Positions 52,057-62,701 of a stretch of DNA of 64,000 nt are shown here, in pieces. The notes under the pieces were generated by a model that did no database searches, was not told where the DNA came from, and was given only the letters and a program-made list of their open reading frames with translations. Location of the stretch: positions 576,001-640,000 of the forward strand of contig OZ244744.1 of NCBI GenBank assembly GCA_965219455.1, read 5' to 3'. Positions within the stretch are counted from its first letter, which is position 1. Each line of letters starts with the position of its first letter. The position numbers and the translations under genes are program-made. This DNA comes from Candidatus Latescibacterota bacterium. GTDB lineage: Bacteria; Latescibacterota; UBA2968; GCA-2709665.

Positions 52057-53306
52057 CCGGCACCTCCATCAGGCGGGGTCACGGCCTGGCTCTTTTCCGA
52101 GAGGATCCGGACCTGCATACCCTCCACAACGGCATCCAGAGTGGATATACAGACACGTTCCCCTCCGGCGAGGCCGGAACGGACGAGGGCGCTTTCGGCT
52201 TCCAGTCTCAGCAGATTGACGCGACGGTAGCGCAATCGGTTGTCCTCGTCGATGACAAGGACCTGATCGGAGCCTCTGATGGCAGCGCGGGGAACAACCG
52301 TGATGTTCCGAGCGACACGCCCCAGGATTTCAACCTCGACAAACAGCCCGGCGTAAAGCGGCGCACGGCCCCCATCATCTCCCCGATCGTACGGTGCATC
52401 GACGCGGGCGACAAGATTGACCATTCGCGTACGGGCGTCGATTTCCCCTTCGATACGTACGATTTCGCCGTGCCACGTGTGCGGGGCCCCGGCGAAATCC
52501 GCATGAACCAGGACTTTCGGTCGGGAAGCGGGTTCGAGTTCGTTGCGAGCATTATAGACCAGGTCCAGATAGGCGAGTTGTTCGTGCGGCACCGGCAGGC
52601 GGATCTCGGCGTAGTCGACGGCGTAGATACGGGCGACGGGAGCGCCGGGGTTGACGTACTGGCCCAGGTCCACGATCTTGGAGAGCACGCGGCCTTCGTA
52701 AGGCGCGCGGATTCGGGTTCGTTCGAACGCGAGGCGGGCCTGTTCCTGGGATGCCCTCGCGGCCCGGAGGGCGGCGCGGGCATCGGCCAACTGGGGTTTT
52801 CTAAGGGCCAGGTCCGTGGCTTCGCCATTACCCAGGCGCTGCCATTCCTGCCTCGCCAGGTCGGCTTCTTCCTCCTCCCTCGCAAGTCGTACCTGGGCTT
52901 GAGCGACCACGGCCCGCGCGCGGTCGACCGCGAGTTCGTAGTCGCGCGGATCGACTGTAAGCAGTATGTCTCCAGTTTTGAAGAAACCTCCGTTGGCGAA
53001 AGCGGGAGAGACCGAGATGATCTGACCGGCAACCTGGGACACCAGGCTGGTCCTGGTGCGCGGCGTGACAATGCCCTGCGCCTCGATCTGAAGTTGAATG
53101 TCTCGGGTTTCGACCGTCATCGCCCGTACCAGCGGGAGCGGTACTTTCGGGGGCGCCACCACGACTTCGGACCGCGCGCTGATGAGGACGTAGGCGCTCA
53201 ACCCTCCGAATGCAATTACCGCCACGGGCAGCAACGCTTTCGGATGCCGCCGAATCCAGCCGGAAAGACCGCGTCTGTCCGGATTCCTGCTTTGCAACGG
53301 TCTCAT
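52053..53306 (-). CDS. RND periplasmic adaptor (MFP)
   Basis: Lipoyl/hairpin pattern, IRAPYEG motif; operon position. Confidence 0.9.
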   Translation of the reverse strand: MRPLQSRNPDRRGLSGWIRRHPKALLPVAVIAFGGLSAYVLISARSEVVVAPPKVPLPLVRAMTVETRDIQLQIEAQGIVTPRTRTSLVSQVAGQIISVSPAFANGGFFKTGDILLTVDPRDYELAVDRARAVVAQAQVRLAREEEEADLARQEWQRLGNGEATDLALRKPQLADARAALRAARASQEQARLAFERTRIRAPYEGRVLSKIVDLGQYVNPGAPVARIYAVDYAEIRLPVPHEQLAYLDLVYNARNELEPASRPKVLVHADFAGAPHTWHGEIVRIEGEIDARTRMVNLVARVDAPYDRGDDGGRAPLYAGLFVEVEILGRVARNITVVPRAAIRGSDQVLVIDEDNRLRYRRVNLLRLEAESALVRSGLAGGERVCISTLDAVVEGMQVRILSEKSQAVTPPDGGAG

Positions 53307-53309
53307 ATT

Positions 53310-54752
53310 CTAGAGTCCTTCCGTTTGCGTGATAGACGTTGTTGAAACCATTCTGTCGGGACCGGTAAAGCCCCCGCCCAGGGCGAGGTGCAGGTTGACC
53401 CGGTTCTCGAGGCGCTGCCGACGTACTGTGATAAGCTGGCTTTCGGACGCGTAAGCCCCGCGCTGGGCGTCGAGCATCGTGTTGAGGTCCACGAGCCCGC
53501 TCGCGTACCGGTCTTCCGCGAGGCGGCGCGCGGCCAACGCCTGTTCCGTGGCGGTTTCCAGCGCGGCCTGTCTCTTGGCCAGGAGGACCTCGGCTGCAAG
53601 CGCGTTTTCCACTTCCGCATAGGCGGCCAGGACGCTATGAACGTATAGCGCCAGCGCCTGTTCGGATTGTGAGGCCGCCTGCTGGATGCCGCCGCGGATT
53701 CGTCCGCCCTGGAAGAGGGGTTGCAGGATGTTGCCCGCCAGGTTCCACACGCTGAAGTCGCCGTCGAGCAGATTTTCCAGTTCCTTGCTCGAGGTACCGG
53801 CGGACCCCGTCAGGCTGATTCGGGGAAAGAGCGCCCTTTTTGCCTGCGTGTAACGGGCGTAGGAAGCCGCCAGCCCGCGTTCGGCCGCCACGAGGTCCGG
53901 ACGGCGGGAGACGAGGTCAGCGGGGAGGCCGGCGGGAACGGCTTCGGGTAGTGCGGGCAGGGCAATGCCGGGGTTCAGGGCAGCGGCGGGATATCGGCCC
54001 ATGAGGACTTCGAGTTGGCGGCGGGTCGCGCCGTAGACGAGCCGGTGTTGTTGTAGGACGGCCTCGGCGCCGGCCAGGTTCGACAGCGCGCGGCGGAGGT
54101 CCAGGGCGTGCCTCAGACCGCGCCTGTAGCGTTCGCGCACGACCTCACTGGAGGTCCGGAAGTTTTCGACGGTGGCCTCCGACAGTTCAACCTGCCTGTG
54201 GCCCTCCACGGCGGCAAACCAGGTCTTGGCGGTCTGTCCCGCCAGCGAGAGTCGGGCGCCCGCGTAATCGGCGCGCGCGGCTTGCATATCGGCCAGTGCC
54301 GCGGACGCCCCGGCTCCCAGACGACCCCAGAGATCGAGTTCCCAGGAGATATCGAGCGATAAGCCGACGCTGTTTGACGTAGAGGTCAGAACGCCGTTTC
54401 CGGATCCAGGGATAGGCAGGCCGATGAAATTCTGTTTGCGGCGTGCCCCGCCGGTGCGGCCTGCCGCATCGGGATATAGAGGGGCGCCCGCGATTCTGGC
54501 GCGCGCGGCGGCGGCGCCAACCCGGGCGGCGGCGGCCTGAAGGTTGAGGTTGTGCGCGAGCGCTTCGGCGACCAGGCGGGTCAGGGTTTCGTCATTGAAC
54601 GCGCGCCACCAGAGGGTGTCCGTCTCTGCGGCGCCGGGCTGCCCGGCAGACCAGCGCTCCGGTACCGTCACGTTGAGGTCGGGTGGGTTCACCTTTGGCG
54701 CAGCGGCGCAGGCCACCAGCAGCAGGGCGAGAATGGGAAGTACACGTCTCAA
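53310..54752 (-). CDS. Efflux outer membrane lipoprotein (NodT/OprM-like)
   Basis: LVAC lipobox, WELDLWG, RRPDL and ALGGG motifs; TTG start overlaps the TetR stop. Confidence 0.88.
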   Translation of the reverse strand: MRRVLPILALLLVACAAAPKVNPPDLNVTVPERWSAGQPGAAETDTLWWRAFNDETLTRLVAEALAHNLNLQAAAARVGAAAARARIAGAPLYPDAAGRTGGARRKQNFIGLPIPGSGNGVLTSTSNSVGLSLDISWELDLWGRLGAGASAALADMQAARADYAGARLSLAGQTAKTWFAAVEGHRQVELSEATVENFRTSSEVVRERYRRGLRHALDLRRALSNLAGAEAVLQQHRLVYGATRRQLEVLMGRYPAAALNPGIALPALPEAVPAGLPADLVSRRPDLVAAERGLAASYARYTQAKRALFPRISLTGSAGTSSKELENLLDGDFSVWNLAGNILQPLFQGGRIRGGIQQAASQSEQALALYVHSVLAAYAEVENALAAEVLLAKRQAALETATEQALAARRLAEDRYASGLVDLNTMLDAQRGAYASESQLITVRRQRLENRVNLHLALGGGFTGPDRMVSTTSITQTEGL

Positions 54753-55393
54753 GATGTGTCTCCGTTGGGGGCAGCGGCCCGGAGGCCGGCCGAGAGGAAC
54801 GCGACGAGGCGTTTGATGTTGTTTTCGGTGTCGGACGGATCGCACAGGCCGCCGGTTCTTCGCGGAATGATATGCCTCCCCATCAGCGGCATGCTGATGC
54901 CGCCGACCATGAAGAAGAACCTCCAGAGCAGGTCGGTCTGGGACAGGTGGGGCAGGCTGCGAGAAAGAGTCGACGTATATCGCAGGAAGACTTCGGCGAA
55001 CTGTTCGGTGATCCTATAGGCCAGGTCTCCCGGTTCGGAGTAGAGCCTTCCGATGAGCAGCATGAAGTTCTCGCCGCCGCCCGCGAGGTCGTATGCCAGC
55101 CGCATCACGGGTGCAACGAAGGCGTTTACGGTGGCTTCGATGGTGGGCGCGCCACCCGCGGCCGCCACTTCCGCGTCGAGAAGGCGGCAGCGTTCCCGGT
55201 TGAGCGGTTCGAGCCTTCGGGCGAAAACGGCTTCGATCAGCGCATCTTTGGAGCCGAAGTGGTAGTGGACGGAGGCCAGGTTTGCGGACGCCTCTGAAGT
55301 AATGGCCCTCAGGGAGGTGGCGCCGATTCCGTGTTCGGCAAAGAGTTGCTCGGCGGCGTCGAGCAACCGGTTGTGGGTGTCGGATTGATTCAT
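54749..55393 (-). CDS. TetR family regulator
   Basis: LLDAAEQLFAEHG..SLRAIT..YHFGSK HTH. Confidence 0.92.
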   Translation of the reverse strand: MNQSDTHNRLLDAAEQLFAEHGIGATSLRAITSEASANLASVHYHFGSKDALIEAVFARRLEPLNRERCRLLDAEVAAAGGAPTIEATVNAFVAPVMRLAYDLAGGGENFMLLIGRLYSEPGDLAYRITEQFAEVFLRYTSTLSRSLPHLSQTDLLWRFFFMVGGISMPLMGRHIIPRRTGGLCDPSDTENNIKRLVAFLSAGLRAAAPNGDTS

Positions 55394-55412
55394 TCAGAAT
55401 TCTAATGGCAAA

Positions 55413-55449
55413 ATTCAAACAAACGTATGATTAAAACGAACGTTTTAAT
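55413..55449 (-). promoter_or_regulatory. Putative TetR operator tandem
   Basis: TTCAAACAAACGTATGA and palindromic TTAAAACGAACGTTTTAA upstream of tetR; TTGACA at about 55475. Confidence 0.55.
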
Positions 55450-55812
55450 TTACCCATTCCTGAAACACATGTCAAGCAAAACAGCCGACGTTTTCAAGAA
55501 AACCGACATTGCTTCACAAACCCCCGGGTTCCGCACCTGGGTGACTGTCATTGATCCGGACCGCGCAGCCTGATGGTCCAGTTGAGAATTATTAATTTTT
55601 TAATTGACAAAAAATGGAATTTCCATATATTTTATATTAAGGAATTAATCGCGCCACCCACGTTTAAACGAACCGCCCCGCTGGGGCAGCGTGGATCGCC
55701 CCCGCCTCGTGTTCTGACCCGGAAACAGATTGCCGAAATTCGGTCGCCGTTCAGACGCAGACGAGACCGACAACCGGCACCGGCAAAAAACGTCGTTACA
55801 GGAGTGGACTGT

Positions 55813-56190
55813 ATGGCAAGGCCGAAGTCACCCACGCTAACGGAAGCCGAACTCAGGCTGATGGACGTGCTTTGGAAAAAGGAGGCGGCCACTGTAAGCG
55901 ACGTGGTCGCGGCGCTACCCGGCAAAGAGCCGCTCGCTTATAGCACGGTGCTGACAACGCTCAGGATTCTCGAACGGAAAGGCTACCTGTCCCACGAAAA
56001 GGAGGGCAGGGCCTATGTCTACCAGCCGGTGGTTGGCCGCGAGGAAGCCAGAAGAAGCGTGGTTCGGTACATGATGAGCCGGTTTTTCAACAATTCGCCG
56101 GAGATGCTGGTGCTGAACATTCTGGAGAATGAAGCGGTCGACGCCGACGTTCTCGAGCGCATGAGACAAATGGTGGACGACAGCAGGTAG
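55813..56190 (+). CDS. BlaI/MecI/CopY family regulator
   Basis: LTEAELRLMDVLW, AYSTVLTTLRILERKG motifs. Confidence 0.92.
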   Translation: MARPKSPTLTEAELRLMDVLWKKEAATVSDVVAALPGKEPLAYSTVLTTLRILERKGYLSHEKEGRAYVYQPVVGREEARRSVVRYMMSRFFNNSPEMLVLNILENEAVDADVLERMRQMVDDSR

Positions 56191-56200
56191 AAGGGAATCT

Positions 56201-58348
56201 ATGTTGGCGGCCTACGAAATATTCGATGCCGTTTCCCGGGTGATGGTGTCCTCCGCGCTCGACGGTCTCTGGCAGGGCCTGGTCGTGACGCTTGCGGTCG
56301 CGTGCCTGTTGGGAGTCGCGCGGTGGCTGAACGCACGTACCAGGTACGTGATCTGGACGGCCACGTTGCTGGTGGTATTCGCGCTGTCCTGGTCCGACGT
56401 CGGGAACCCGCCCAATCGTACGGGTGCCACGCGGATGTGGTTCAAGGCCGCGGAGACGAAAGACCCGGAGATGCCTGATTCCCGGAAGCTGAGCGGGGCG
56501 GACGCCTTTGAATCGGCGCCGGGCGCTGATCAGCCGAGGGACAGGGAACACGTGGAGTCGGCGTTTACGCCGGAACTGCCGGGGCGGTGGCCGGCGCTGA
56601 TATTCGGGGTGTGGATGCTGGTCGCACTGGCGCTATCGGCCAAACTCTTTCTGGGCCTTTGGCACCTCCGGCGCCTGAAACGGAGCGCAAGGCCCCTTCC
56701 CGCCCGATATCAGCACAGATTGCGCCATTTGCTCCGCGCAAACAAGACGCGGCGCTGGGTGCGCCTTTGCAGTTCCACGCGAGTACGCACGGCTGCGGCG
56801 ACGGGTCTGTTCAAACCCGTGATTCTGATTCCGGAGTCCATGCCGGACCGGCTGACGGAGGCTGAATTCGATCAGGTGGTCCTGCACGAACTGGCGCACT
56901 TGCACCGGCTGGACGACTGGACCAAACTGTTCCATGCGCTCGTGGGCTGCTTTCTGTTCTTCCATCCGGCCGTATGGTGGATTGCTCGACAGATGGACCT
57001 GGAACGCGAGGTCGCGTGTGACGATATGGTTGTGGGCATTACCGGAAGAGCCAGGGGATATGCGGCCTGCCTCACCCGCCTGACGGAGATGGCGGCGTCG
57101 CCGGTCGGATCGACACTGGGCATTGGCGCCGCCGGAGATCGGAAGCAGGTCGTCAGGCGGATATCACGGCTGTTGAATGCCAGACGGGGCCACGAACGCC
57201 GCCTCTCCCGCACAGGTCTGCTGTTGGCTTCGGTTTTGATTCTGGTGGCATTGACACAGTGCGGCGGGGTCGGGCCCACGGTTGAGGTGCCGGGCCGGTC
57301 CGAAGCCTTCGTAAAGCTGGCGGCCATTAAGGATCGGCTGCTTTCGTTCCTGCGGCTGGATGGGTTGCCTCCCGGTTCCGGTCGCATCGACATGGTCACG
57401 GTAATTGCAGATTCCACGGTGAGCCGGACTTTGCAGGGAACGCTCCGCGACGTCATCGAGCGTGTAATCCTGACGCCCAGGAAGGAGCGCCTTTACCATG
57501 TCTCTTTCACACACGCCGGAGATTTCAGCATGCTGCGACGGAAGAATATCGTGATCGCCGCGCCGCTGGATGGAGACCACGAAGCGGGCGGTCTGGTACG
57601 CTCCCTTGTGCCGCGGGCGCGTCGGGAGGCTATCCGGAACGGAGCGCCGCCGGTGGTCATCCGGCGGGACGTGTGGGCCGACGACCAGGTCGTGGTTCTG
57701 GTTACGGGCAAGGATCGTGACGCGTTGAGAGCCAATATGATGACGGAGGCGGATCGGATTTACGGCGCTATCGATACGAAGCGCGATGAATGGGTCGCCG
57801 AGTCTCTCTTCCGATTTGGCGAAAGAGAGAGGCTTGCATCGGAACTGGCGGACCGGTTCGGATGGCGTGTGCGCATTCCTTTCGGATTCAATTTCATCGA
57901 TACCCATGCCGATAGCGGGTTCGTGGTGCTCACGCGAACGCACGCGCGCGTGACACAGTGGATGTTTGTCTACCGTGAGGATGGCGTCAGCCCGGATCGT
58001 TTGACAGAGGCGTGGTGCATTCGGAAGCGGAACGAGATCGCCGCCCGGTTCTTTGACAACGACTTCGTGGATCAGACAGGCCTGAAGGTAAGTCAGCGGG
58101 AGTTGGGGAGCCGGCTGGCGGTGCATCTTGAAGGCGTTTGGCAGAACAATCTTGCGTGGAAGGGCGGGCCCTTCAGAAGCTACGTGCTGGTGGACGAGAA
58201 GACAGATCGGCTCTATTTCGTGGACTTTGGGGTTTACGGCCCGAATCGAAGAAAAGAAACCTATCTGCGTCAGTTGGACGTTGTGGCCAGGACGTTTGAA
58301 ACGGGGCCATTTTACGAGGACCGGCTCGCGACGTCCGATCGCCCCTGA
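56201..58348 (+). CDS. BlaR1-like M56 metallopeptidase with a C-terminal DUF4837-like domain
   Basis: HELAH, FFHP..W and EREVACD motifs; C-terminal DVWADDQ...GVW...GGPF.SY. Confidence 0.75.
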   Translation: MLAAYEIFDAVSRVMVSSALDGLWQGLVVTLAVACLLGVARWLNARTRYVIWTATLLVVFALSWSDVGNPPNRTGATRMWFKAAETKDPEMPDSRKLSGADAFESAPGADQPRDREHVESAFTPELPGRWPALIFGVWMLVALALSAKLFLGLWHLRRLKRSARPLPARYQHRLRHLLRANKTRRWVRLCSSTRVRTAAATGLFKPVILIPESMPDRLTEAEFDQVVLHELAHLHRLDDWTKLFHALVGCFLFFHPAVWWIARQMDLEREVACDDMVVGITGRARGYAACLTRLTEMAASPVGSTLGIGAAGDRKQVVRRISRLLNARRGHERRLSRTGLLLASVLILVALTQCGGVGPTVEVPGRSEAFVKLAAIKDRLLSFLRLDGLPPGSGRIDMVTVIADSTVSRTLQGTLRDVIERVILTPRKERLYHVSFTHAGDFSMLRRKNIVIAAPLDGDHEAGGLVRSLVPRARREAIRNGAPPVVIRRDVWADDQVVVLVTGKDRDALRANMMTEADRIYGAIDTKRDEWVAESLFRFGERERLASELADRFGWRVRIPFGFNFIDTHADSGFVVLTRTHARVTQWMFVYREDGVSPDRLTEAWCIRKRNEIAARFFDNDFVDQTGLKVSQRELGSRLAVHLEGVWQNNLAWKGGPFRSYVLVDEKTDRLYFVDFGVYGPNRRKETYLRQLDVVARTFETGPFYEDRLATSDRP

Positions 58349-58428
58349 AACCTTCCGCACCCGGCGATCGTCCGTACATTCCCCTACACCCGTGGGCAAA
58401 GGGTAACCGCACGCGGTTGAGGAAAACA

Positions 58429-59022
58429 ATGAGACGAGAGAAAGCGTTTCCGCTGAAGCGCATCAATGCCGTTATCGCGATTTTGGTTCTCGGCCATATG
58501 TTCTACATCTATTCAACCTTTCCTTGAAAGATCCCTGTGTCCGTGGGTGCGGACGGAGAGACAGTTGCCACACTGGAGGAGAGAGCTCCGAATTTTGCCC
58601 TCCGTGACATAGAGGGTGATTCCGTACAACTCAGTGATTTTGAAGGTAAGACCATTCTGATTGATTTCTGGGCGACGTGGTGCGGGCCGTGTGTTGATTC
58701 ACTGCCACACCTGAATCAGGCGCACCTGTCAGAGAATGGTCTCGACCTGGTGGTCCTGGCCGTAAACGTTGAAACCCCGAACATCGCGCGCCGGTTTGTG
58801 CAGGAGCGGGATTACACCTTCATTTCCCTGGTTGATGAGGACAACAGGGTCAGGAAGCAGTACGGCGTCGATGCCATCCCGACGACATTTCTTGTAGATA
58901 AGTTCGGTGTGTTGAGAGATAGGATAGTTGGAGGGTCCTACGTATCCCTGAAACTGGCTCTCTGGGGCGAGAAGTTCAGGCGCTTGTTAGATATTCGAGG
59001 AGAGCCGAGGATCGGAATTTAA
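58429..59022 (+). CDS. TlpA-family disulfide reductase; in-frame TGA (58525-58527) after the N-terminal membrane anchor
   Basis: FWATWCGPC motif; GAGGA RBS and hydrophobic helix in frame from 58429. Confidence 0.75.
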
Positions 59023-59061
59023 CCTATAGTGAATCACGCCCCGTCTGAAAGGAGCCTGACG

Positions 59062-59703
59062 ATGATACGCCATAAATTCCCCGCTGTAGACCTGAAGTTG
59101 GCATACCCGAAGGTGATGGCGCGGTGTGTGGGTATTTCCTTCCTGCTTCTTCTGGTCCTCGCGCTGGTGTTTCCCTCGTTCGACATGGACACCTCTGCGC
59201 GGATTCGCCCGACCGAGGTGTTAACCGTCGAGCGGATTCCGGAAACCCGGCAGATGCGCCGCCCGGAACCCAAACGCCCCGCCGTGCCCGTCGAAACAGA
59301 CAGCGACGATGTACCGGAAGACGTGACCATTGAGTCTACGGAACTGGATTTCGATCGAATACCCGTGGATCTGCCGGAACCGGCGCGCCACGAGACCGCG
59401 CCCGTTGAGGAGGAAGTCCTGGAATTCTGGCGGGTTGAGCGGCAACCCGTACTGGTCCGTCGCGCAATGCCGGATTACCCGGAAATGGCGAAGAGGGCCG
59501 GGCTGGAAGGGGTGGTGTTCGTGGCGTTTACGGTAGGCGCCGACGGAAGCGTCGGAGACGTGCGGGTGGTGCGCGGACCGGAAATCTTCAGACAGGCGGC
59601 AGTCGAGGCGGTTTCGCAATTTACATTCGAACCCGCCGTGCAGAACGACCGGTCCGTCGCCGTGAAGATGACGATGCCCATCCGGTTTCGGCTGAGCGAT
59701 TGA
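59062..59703 (+). CDS. tonB: Energy transducer TonB
   Basis: TM anchor, Pro-rich linker, YPEMAKRAGLEG.V.V.F. Confidence 0.85.
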   Translation: MIRHKFPAVDLKLAYPKVMARCVGISFLLLLVLALVFPSFDMDTSARIRPTEVLTVERIPETRQMRRPEPKRPAVPVETDSDDVPEDVTIESTELDFDRIPVDLPEPARHETAPVEEEVLEFWRVERQPVLVRRAMPDYPEMAKRAGLEGVVFVAFTVGADGSVGDVRVVRGPEIFRQAAVEAVSQFTFEPAVQNDRSVAVKMTMPIRFRLSD

Positions 59704-59717
59704 GCGCTGCGGTCGCG

Positions 59718-60866
59718 TCAGAGGTCTCTCGGATCCACCGTGAGGAGTTCCATGTGCTCTTTGTTGACCGAGTAGGCGACGATCAGCCTGTCCTTCTCCA
59801 CCATGGCGCACGGATACTGGTGTCCGTGGGCTTTCAGGGCGCCCGGAAAGGCGATGGTGGTGGGTTCGTCAATGAGGAAGTACTGCCTTTCGAATTTCGC
59901 GCCGTCCGTTGATAGGGATATCATCAGCGGCACCCGGTTCAACAGGTCGGCAATGGCGTTGTTAATAAGGAAGTAACGCCCGTCCGCCAGGCGCCCCACG
60001 CTTACGCGGGACTTCGAGTCGGGAATATTCGAGAGCATGGGCGGGGTCCAGCTTCTGCCGCCATCCTCGCTGAGCGCCACGCGCAACCGCATTTCGTCCG
60101 TCTCGTTCCGGTGAAACATGAAGATCGCGCCGTCGTCCGTTTGATACCACGACGCTTCTCCGTACGGAAACCGCCCGGAATCCATCCCTCGCGAGCCGTC
60201 GCAGGGGATCTCCACGATCTCCGGGGGCTCCAGGGGATTCTCGCCAGGCCACAGAAACACGATCGGTTTTCCCAATCGGGATCCCGCGCACAACAGCCTG
60301 CCCTCCCGCGTCAACCTGGGCGCCTCGAACCAGAAGCAGTCCTCGGCGACGTCCCGTTCCGTCCAGTTCTCACCGTCGGCGGAAATAACGAGCCCTATTC
60401 TGCAGGTGGTCCTGCTCTCCTCGTTGGCGCTCATTCCCGGTTTCGGGGCAGCCCCTCCGCCGGTTTTCGTCTGTACGAATACGACGAGACGGTCTTCGTA
60501 TCCCATAATCCCACCGGTATTGCGCCACAGTCTACGTGAGACGTCGCCGGGCGCCACACAGGCCGGCCTTGACCACGATGAGAGATCCTCGCTTCGGGTG
60601 ATCAGCGTCCGCTGCCCCGGCGCCTCTTCATGCACGGCGCCGTTCGAAAAAACGTACCAGTACCGGTTTCGCCATCTGCAGATACCAGCCTGGTGATTGT
60701 AGGTGCCAAACGCCCTCGAGCCCGTCGCCACCCGGACGCGCCGCATCGGCGCATGGTCGAACCAGGCCGGCCATTCCTGTCCATCCGGCCGGGTACACCC
60801 CGCCCTCTTGAACTGCGACGTGACCAGATTGTCCCTCACCCTCTGCCTGAGGTCGGGTGTTAGCAT
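59718..60866 (-). CDS. BNR/Asp-box sialidase-like protein
   Basis: SEDLSSW, SADGENW, SEDGGRSW and STDGAKF Asp boxes. Confidence 0.75.
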   Translation of the reverse strand: MLTPDLRQRVRDNLVTSQFKRAGCTRPDGQEWPAWFDHAPMRRVRVATGSRAFGTYNHQAGICRWRNRYWYVFSNGAVHEEAPGQRTLITRSEDLSSWSRPACVAPGDVSRRLWRNTGGIMGYEDRLVVFVQTKTGGGAAPKPGMSANEESRTTCRIGLVISADGENWTERDVAEDCFWFEAPRLTREGRLLCAGSRLGKPIVFLWPGENPLEPPEIVEIPCDGSRGMDSGRFPYGEASWYQTDDGAIFMFHRNETDEMRLRVALSEDGGRSWTPPMLSNIPDSKSRVSVGRLADGRYFLINNAIADLLNRVPLMISLSTDGAKFERQYFLIDEPTTIAFPGALKAHGHQYPCAMVEKDRLIVAYSVNKEHMELLTVDPRDL

Positions 60867-60955
60867 AGAAATTCGCGTTTCCGTGTAGACGTCCGGAACG
60901 GGCACGAGTAGTCTCCTGTCTGTAGATCCGGCCCCGAAATGGAAGCGGCCGGCGT

Positions 60956-62539
60956 TCAGTCGACGACGTTGACGACGACCTCGACTTCGTCCACGGTGAT
61001 CTCCCGGCTTTCCGCGCTGTTTTTCGGTACCAGCCCGATGCCCAGGGTATTGTCCCCGTAGACTCCCGGCGGCGACGTCAGGTTCACGCGCAGTTCGGTA
61101 TGGGGCGGCAGCGGCCTACCCTCCCAGGCCGGTCGACCCTGTGGATGCCAGATGGACCTGATTGTGTCTACCGGGATTTCCCGGCCGTTCAGAGTTACTG
61201 CAATCTCATCCTCGGGGCTCTTGCCGAGGGCTCTGAAGATCAGCCAGGCTCCCGGAGGTTTGCCCGCCCGGTTGAAACTGCCGGTGTACACGCCGCGCTC
61301 GTCCACGGACTGATCGGTTTTTTCCGGTAGATACTCGCAGACCCGGAACGGAAACACCGCGCTCGGACTGGATCCGCTCAGGGTTGCGCGGTGATGGGGA
61401 ATGCCGATGCTGCGGTAACCCTTCGGGTGGAGTTCATGAGGCCAGAGCGGCAGGAAGAGATAGTGTCTGTCTCCGGCGGCAACCGCATCGGGGTTCTTGA
61501 GGGTATTGAAATACCCCAGGGCCTTCGGGTACATGTCCGCGGGACCGGGGTAGCTCTTGCTGCGGAGTTGCCCCCACATATAGACATCGTAGTTGTGCGT
61601 GGATACACCGTCGGCGCCGGCTTCGTAGAAGTTGCGGACGGCGGCGCGGTAGTTGTCCAGCGTCATGATCCCGCAGTTGCCGGGCACGTCGGCCTGAATG
61701 GCTGGATATAGATAACAGCTGTCGGCGGCGCGGACAATCCCGGCGAATTGCTCGACCTTCATATTGAAATTGGTGTAATGGTAGTCGGTGGGCGCCACGT
61801 AGTCGACCAGCCCCTCCCCGACCCAGGTGGCAACGTCGAAGCCAAAATGCCGGCATTCCTCCAGGGTGGTGGGCACCCTTATCCCCATCAGAAGGCGCCG
61901 GCCTCTTTTTTCGCCGTTCCTGTCGAGCATTGCGCGGATGCGCCGCAGGAATTCGGACATCAAAGGATGACGGCGCGCGGCCGTCGAGGGCGGAAAACAG
62001 TACCCGTGGCGGACGAAATTGAGTTCGATTCCGTCCACGTCGAATCGCTCGGGGACCTCCTGTATAATCGAAAAAACCCAGTCCCGCACCTCCGGCAGTG
62101 AGTAGTCGACGCCGTGTCCGAGGTCCTTCAGGATCCAGTCGGGATGGGCTTCGAAAAAGGGCTTGTTGATCCCGTGGCGATCGTTCATCCGGAAACCCGC
62201 CAGCAGTTCAATACCCTGGTTTCGCGCTTCGTCAACGAATATATCCAGCGGCATCACGCCGCCGTCCATCATCGCGTCGAACCGCGCGAATGCGGGCGAT
62301 TTCCAGTTCGGGCACCGGCGACTGCGGTAGTAAGCGATCAGGCCGTCGAAATACACTTCCGGAACATACGTGTCCGCGCCTCCGGCAGCCACGTTGCGTA
62401 TCCACTTCCTCAGATGATCGGGCTCGGCCGGATCGCCGAACAGCCAGGTCCCCTGGCCGAAATGCGAGCCCATGTCGCTGGTGTGAATCAGGCGGCGGCC
62501 CCTGGGGAAGCCCGTATCCGGTTCAGGAATCTGCGCCAT
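60956..62539 (-). CDS. Glycoside hydrolase-like TIM-barrel protein (GHL10-like)
   Basis: FRMND.H, DYSLPEVR and DVDGIELNF.R motifs. Confidence 0.65.
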   Translation of the reverse strand: MAQIPEPDTGFPRGRRLIHTSDMGSHFGQGTWLFGDPAEPDHLRKWIRNVAAGGADTYVPEVYFDGLIAYYRSRRCPNWKSPAFARFDAMMDGGVMPLDIFVDEARNQGIELLAGFRMNDRHGINKPFFEAHPDWILKDLGHGVDYSLPEVRDWVFSIIQEVPERFDVDGIELNFVRHGYCFPPSTAARRHPLMSEFLRRIRAMLDRNGEKRGRRLLMGIRVPTTLEECRHFGFDVATWVGEGLVDYVAPTDYHYTNFNMKVEQFAGIVRAADSCYLYPAIQADVPGNCGIMTLDNYRAAVRNFYEAGADGVSTHNYDVYMWGQLRSKSYPGPADMYPKALGYFNTLKNPDAVAAGDRHYLFLPLWPHELHPKGYRSIGIPHHRATLSGSSPSAVFPFRVCEYLPEKTDQSVDERGVYTGSFNRAGKPPGAWLIFRALGKSPEDEIAVTLNGREIPVDTIRSIWHPQGRPAWEGRPLPPHTELRVNLTSPPGVYGDNTLGIGLVPKNSAESREITVDEVEVVVNVVD

Positions 62540-62701
62540 GGCGGCCCTATCCCGTGTAATTTGGATTGAACGCTTGTTTCCACAATGCGAAAGTCGAAGT
62601 TGACTTATTTTCTTAACGCACTTATAGTCAATGTGTTATTCATATTTTCGGTTGTTTGAACGTGGATTGGCCAGGTGCGGGTTAACCTCGGGCACGGACA
62701 C

